This document shows positions 26,579 to 29,921 of a stretch of DNA of 29,921 nucleotides, piece by piece; the stretch's first letter is position 1, and the number at the start of each line of letters is the position of its first letter. The translations under genes and the position numbers were made by a program. Source of the stretch: Candidatus Krumholzibacteriia bacterium (GTDB lineage: Bacteria > Krumholzibacteriota > Krumholzibacteriia > WVZY01); NCBI GenBank assembly GCA_036478295.1, contig JAZGDW010000044.1, positions 1 through 29,921 on the forward strand, read 5' to 3'. The notes under the pieces are model-generated. The model had not been told where the DNA came from and did no database searches. It saw nothing but the letters and a program-made list of their open reading frames with translations.

Positions 26579-29133
26579 TTTCCACAAAGGCCTGGTTTAG
26601 CTGTCTAGTTATGTTCGCCGCTGTTGCATCGGATGCATCCGCTGTAACGTCCCCTGTCGCTGGACGCATTGTCGACGTTTCGTCCCGGAAACCTGTTGCG
26701 TATGCGGCGGTCACGATGGTGGATAGTGCGGGTACCGTCGTTGGTTGGTTTCTTGCGACCGATCAGGGCGAGTTCTACTTCGAAAGGGACCTGGGTCAGA
26801 GTGTGACGCTCATGGCCAGCCATATTGGGTATCACCTTACCCGGCGTGAAGTTATGGCGGGTGATCGCGATACATCGGGCATCACGATTTCGATGGAGCC
26901 AAACCTCTTCGTGGCCGCGCCGATCGTAGTTAGCGCTTCAAGACGGCGTGAGACGAGCTTCGATGCGCCGGCCTCTGTGACCGTGATCAAAGGCTCGGAA
27001 GTCGGGCGGCAGCAGAGTTTCACGCCCTTGGACCCGATAAAGAACACTATGGGCATAACCTTTTCGAGAAAGGGGCTCCTCGCCGCTACTTTTAACACGC
27101 GGTTCAGGAGCGGCGTGATGAACGGCGGCACGCTGGTTCTACAGGATCACCGCTATACCCGGCTCCCGACCCTGCAACTCAACATTCCCTATCTTCTCGC
27201 TTCCAATCCGGCTGACATCGATCAAATCGAGATCATCCGAGGACCAGCGGCTTCACTCTACGGCCCGGAGGGAGGTTTGGGCGTCGTCCACATCAAGACG
27301 AAATCACCGTTCGATCAACAGGCTACGTCGGTGTCCTTCGCAGGAGGAGAGCGATCCGTGTTCGAGACCTGGGTGAGTCATTCGGCGTTGTTGGGCGAGA
27401 ATCTCGGTTATCGGGTCTCGAGCAAGTACTTTCGCGGCGAGGACTGGCTGCCAAGGGACCCCGCGATAAGAGAACAGGCACACGAAACGCTGGAGCAAGC
27501 CACGAGCAGCGCTCAAGTCGAGTGGCGGCCGGATGCGGAGACGAGGCTGATCGCGCGCGGCGGAACTGCCTACGTTTTCGAAATCCTGGACCAGGCTCCC
27601 GCAACTTATGCCCAGTTAAACGACTTCAGCTTCAATTATGCGCAGCTAGAGTTCCACAAGCGACGTTTCATGACGAATCTGGCCTACAGCGGGAACGACG
27701 CCGGTGAGACGTTCTTTGTTCCGAGCAATGTACGGTTTATTGACCGATCGTTTCTCCTTGCAGGCCAGATCCTGAATGCACAGGATGTGCGGATTGGAAA
27801 GACGCTGCATCAGTTGTCGTACGGGGTTGACTGGCGAAACTCGATCATACGATCCGAAGGCACGTTGACGGGTCGTTTCGAGGACGACGATACCGTGACA
27901 GAGATCGGTGCATACACTCAGGTGACGTCCGTTGTATCACCGAAATGGGATGTGGTGGCTTCCGTGCGCGCGGATCATCACGATCGGCTGGCAAATGGAA
28001 CTGCATTTCCGTTCCGATTGGGAGTTGTGTTCGAGCCCAAGCGATCGCGCCACGCGCTCCGGCTCACCTTCAATCGTTCCGATGGAGCGCCATCTCCCAG
28101 CGTGTTATTCGAGGACTTCCCAATTGGGGGACAGACGCCGTTCCAGCTGAAGGTCGTCGGGATTCCAAAGGGGGGGTGGACCTTTCCGCGCGACGCCAAC
28201 GGCGGGTTTCTCATGCGCTCGGCGTTCGTCCCAGGAGGGCTTGACGACTTTGGAACCGCCGATGCGACGCGCACGTGGGGCGCGTTGCAGGCGATGATCC
28301 CACAGCTCGCGTCCGTCCCGGCCCCGTCTTCCAGCGAAGCCCAAACGGATCTGCGGATCTTCCAAGTGGGAAGCGGATTTGTTCCCTTCAACCCCGGTGA
28401 GCTTCAGGATGTGCACCAGTTGGAGCGGACAGTCAGCGAGTACGTGGAACTCGGTTACAAGGGGCTGCCGATGGACAATCTGGAGATCAACATCGATGGC
28501 TTCGTGAATCGAAGAACGAAAGGTCTAACCACCGAGCTGCGAGCCATCACGCCGAACGTTTTTTATGACGTCAACACGCTCGAGACGTACTTGTCCGGGT
28601 TCATGACCCCTGCCGAGGCGGCCGCTGTCGCGCAGCAGGTGTCATCCAATCCGGTCGGCACCGTTGCACCCCGTGAGGCGGGGAGCAGTTCCGAAATCCT
28701 GTTAGCGTTTGCCCCGCTCGACGGGGCCCGAACGAGCTGGGGCATAGACATCAACGCCCGGGTTGCGCTGGTCGACCAGTTTTCCCTGGCGGCCACCTAC
28801 GGATATCACCGGGCCGATGCGCGGGACGAATTCACTTCTGTTCCGCAAAACAGAGGGGCCGTGCGGCTCGAGTATCAGCGACCGTCGGACAGCTTTGCCG
28901 CCGCGTTGCAGGTCCGGAGCCAGTCACCGTATACCATGGACGTGGCAGTCTGGACGGGTAAGGTCGAATCGTTCACAGTCGTCGATCTGGATGTCGCGTA
29001 CCGTCCCGATTGGCTGTCTCGTGTCCAACTCTTTGTTAATGTGAGCAATTTGCTTGACGAAGAGCACGTGGAAATCGTGGGCGGAAAAGAGCTCGGCCGT
29101 CTCGCAACCGCCAGAATCCAGTTTGATTTCTAG
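26575..29133 (+). CDS. TonB-dependent receptor
   Basis: Signal peptide, carboxypeptidase-regulatory-like N-domain, IVVSASRR, plug motif IEIIRGPAASLYG..GVVHI.TK, C-terminal NLLDE...F; ATGA overlap with the kinase. Confidence 0.92.
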   Translation: MISTKAWFSCLVMFAAVASDASAVTSPVAGRIVDVSSRKPVAYAAVTMVDSAGTVVGWFLATDQGEFYFERDLGQSVTLMASHIGYHLTRREVMAGDRDTSGITISMEPNLFVAAPIVVSASRRRETSFDAPASVTVIKGSEVGRQQSFTPLDPIKNTMGITFSRKGLLAATFNTRFRSGVMNGGTLVLQDHRYTRLPTLQLNIPYLLASNPADIDQIEIIRGPAASLYGPEGGLGVVHIKTKSPFDQQATSVSFAGGERSVFETWVSHSALLGENLGYRVSSKYFRGEDWLPRDPAIREQAHETLEQATSSAQVEWRPDAETRLIARGGTAYVFEILDQAPATYAQLNDFSFNYAQLEFHKRRFMTNLAYSGNDAGETFFVPSNVRFIDRSFLLAGQILNAQDVRIGKTLHQLSYGVDWRNSIIRSEGTLTGRFEDDDTVTEIGAYTQVTSVVSPKWDVVASVRADHHDRLANGTAFPFRLGVVFEPKRSRHALRLTFNRSDGAPSPSVLFEDFPIGGQTPFQLKVVGIPKGGWTFPRDANGGFLMRSAFVPGGLDDFGTADATRTWGALQAMIPQLASVPAPSSSEAQTDLRIFQVGSGFVPFNPGELQDVHQLERTVSEYVELGYKGLPMDNLEINIDGFVNRRTKGLTTELRAITPNVFYDVNTLETYLSGFMTPAEAAAVAQQVSSNPVGTVAPREAGSSSEILLAFAPLDGARTSWGIDINARVALVDQFSLAATYGYHRADARDEFTSVPQNRGAVRLEYQRPSDSFAAALQVRSQSPYTMDVAVWTGKVESFTVVDLDVAYRPDWLSRVQLFVNVSNLLDEEHVEIVGGKELGRLATARIQFDF

Positions 29134-29216
29134 TCGCCAGGTCGTCTGTCGCCTTTGCTTTCTCCTCCGTGCCGTCGTCCGACCGGCGTCGTGTGGTCGG
29201 GCGGGAAAGGGCTGCA

Positions 29217-29447
29217 TCAGCCCATCGGACGATTGGGGAGACGGTCAAGCCACGCGATCGCCTTGGATACCGTCTTATCTGTGACGTGGAGCCTCCTGGC
29301 GATCGCCGAACAGCTCATGCCAAGCTGTTGAAGGTGAAGTGCCTTCCCGGCGATTCGCTGGTAGGCTGGTGCGGCGCGTGTGTCCACGAGGGCAACTTCC
29401 AGGGGTACCTGAGCGGCGGTTCGAATTCTTTGCGTCCGTGTCCACCA
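29217..29447 (-). pseudogene. Start-less HTH-containing reading frame (candidate displaced recombinase C-terminus)
   Basis: Manual translation WWTRTQRIRTAAQVPLEVALVDTRAAPAYQRIAGKALHLQQLGMSCSAIARRLHVTDKTVSKAIAWLDRLPNRPMG*; in-frame TAA directly upstream; GMS.SAIARRL.V...TV is a classic HTH pattern; absent from the ORF track. Confidence 0.6.
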
Positions 29448-29502
29448 TTATGTTCGCTTCGCTCACCAAGCAGACGTCGGACAGGCCCGCCGCTTCCACC
29501 AA
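29441..29502 (+). repeat. Right copy of ~62-bp tmRNA-linked direct repeat
   Basis: Begins TCCACCA; ends with CCCGCCGCTTCCACCA (29486-29501), 15 of 16 identical to the tmRNA 3' end at 23864-23879. Confidence 0.85.
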
Positions 29503-29578
29503 CCTGTGCGGAAACCAGGCGGACAGTGCCGGGTTTCGTTTGTACGACGCATCTTTTCGGGCGGCATAGGTTGGTGGA
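29495..29578. repeat. 15-bp inverted repeat with 54-nt loop
   Basis: TCCACCAACCTGTGC (29495-29509) and GCATAGGTTGGTGGA (29564-29578), 14 of 15 complementary, abutting the stop codon of the YCF48-like gene. Confidence 0.75.
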
Positions 29579-29920
29579 TTACAATCCGCCGGCATCCGTC
29601 GTACGCAGGATCGTCCCGTCACGCCCCACGATTGTGCCCGTCTTGCTTCCGCTGAAGAAGACGGCCAGGAGGGCGTTCGTGGTACCACCGGGTTGACTCT
29701 CCCAGTTGATGCCACCGTCCGTCGTACGCCGAATGATACCGGTTTGGCCGACGACGGTGCCCGTTGATGCGCTTGTGAAGAACACACCGAAGAGATTGCC
29801 GCTGGTACCACTCGGCTGAAACACCCAGTTGTCACCGCCATCCGTCGTTCGCCGCATTTGCCCTTTGTCCCCAACCACGATCCCGGTGTTCGCGTCAGTG
29901 AAGAATACACCCGTGATATC
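29579..29920 (-). CDS. 3' end (partial) of YCF48/BNR-repeat beta-propeller protein
   Basis: Repeats of GVFF....TG.VVG..G.I.RTTDGG.NW; runs off the right edge. Confidence 0.85.
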   Translation of the reverse strand, partial: DITGVFFTDANTGIVVGDKGQMRRTTDGGDNWVFQPSGTSGNLFGVFFTSASTGTVVGQTGIIRRTTDGGINWESQPGGTTNALLAVFFSGSKTGTIVGRDGTILRTTDAGGL

Positions 29921-29921
29921 G

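Larger units (their letters stand above)
23873..29502. mobile_element. Putative integrase-less genomic island remnant at the tmRNA 3' end
   Basis: Bounded by direct repeats sharing the TCCACCA core and tmRNA 3'-end copies; att-like half-site and orphan HTH frame at the right end; no recombinase gene inside. Confidence 0.55.

Noticed and set aside
29411..29447. Possible tRNA (GGTTCGAAT...CCACCA)
   Set aside because: No T-stem pairing, acceptor stem or anticodon arm can be formed; better explained as an att-like half-site.
29495..29578. Possible integron attC site (AAC...GTT after a stop codon)
   Set aside because: The ends do not fit RYYYAAC/GTTRRRY, there is no L-box with unpaired spacer, and no intI or cassette array is visible.

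Overview
Bacterial chromosomal window, gene-dense and GC-rich. A C-terminal NFPNPFNP/FlgD-Ig sorting domain, a TonB-dependent receptor and lipoproteins suggest a diderm FCB-superphylum organism such as Krumholzibacteriota or Latescibacterota (inference). Left to right: (1) 3' end of a MacB/FtsX-type ABC permease; (2) minus-strand cluster of an XRE-HTH/ImmA-IrrE regulator whose HExxH is changed to HGxxH, an inositol monophosphatase and a bifunctional IPCT/DIPPS-like enzyme; (3) lipid/cold-adaptation-like block with fabH, an RRM RNA-binding protein, a small basic protein, a fatty acid desaturase and a haemolysin-III/PAQR protein; (4) feo-type operon of two DtxR/MntR-FeoA fusions (one membrane-anchored, one with amide-substituted metal ligands) plus feoB; (5) a membrane spermidine-synthase-like methyltransferase divergent from a radical SAM gene, with an FNR/CRP-like box and three tandem 18-bp palindromic repeats between them; (6) large surface proteins (Fn3/beta-propeller lipoprotein, 14-repeat FG-GAP protein, metzincin lipoprotein); (7) tmRNA; (8) a Ser/Thr kinase-TPR gene coupled to a TonB-dependent receptor; (9) 3' end of a YCF48/BNR-repeat gene. 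The most notable unannotated structure is that the kinase-receptor pair is bracketed by two diverged copies of a ~62-bp unit that carries tmRNA 3'-end sequence. The right copy adjoins a serine-recombinase attP-like half-site and a start-less HTH reading frame that begins exactly at the shared TCCACCA core. This looks like an integrase-less island at tmRNA with a split-off integrase C-terminus. No CRISPR array, rRNA, tRNA or transposase was found.
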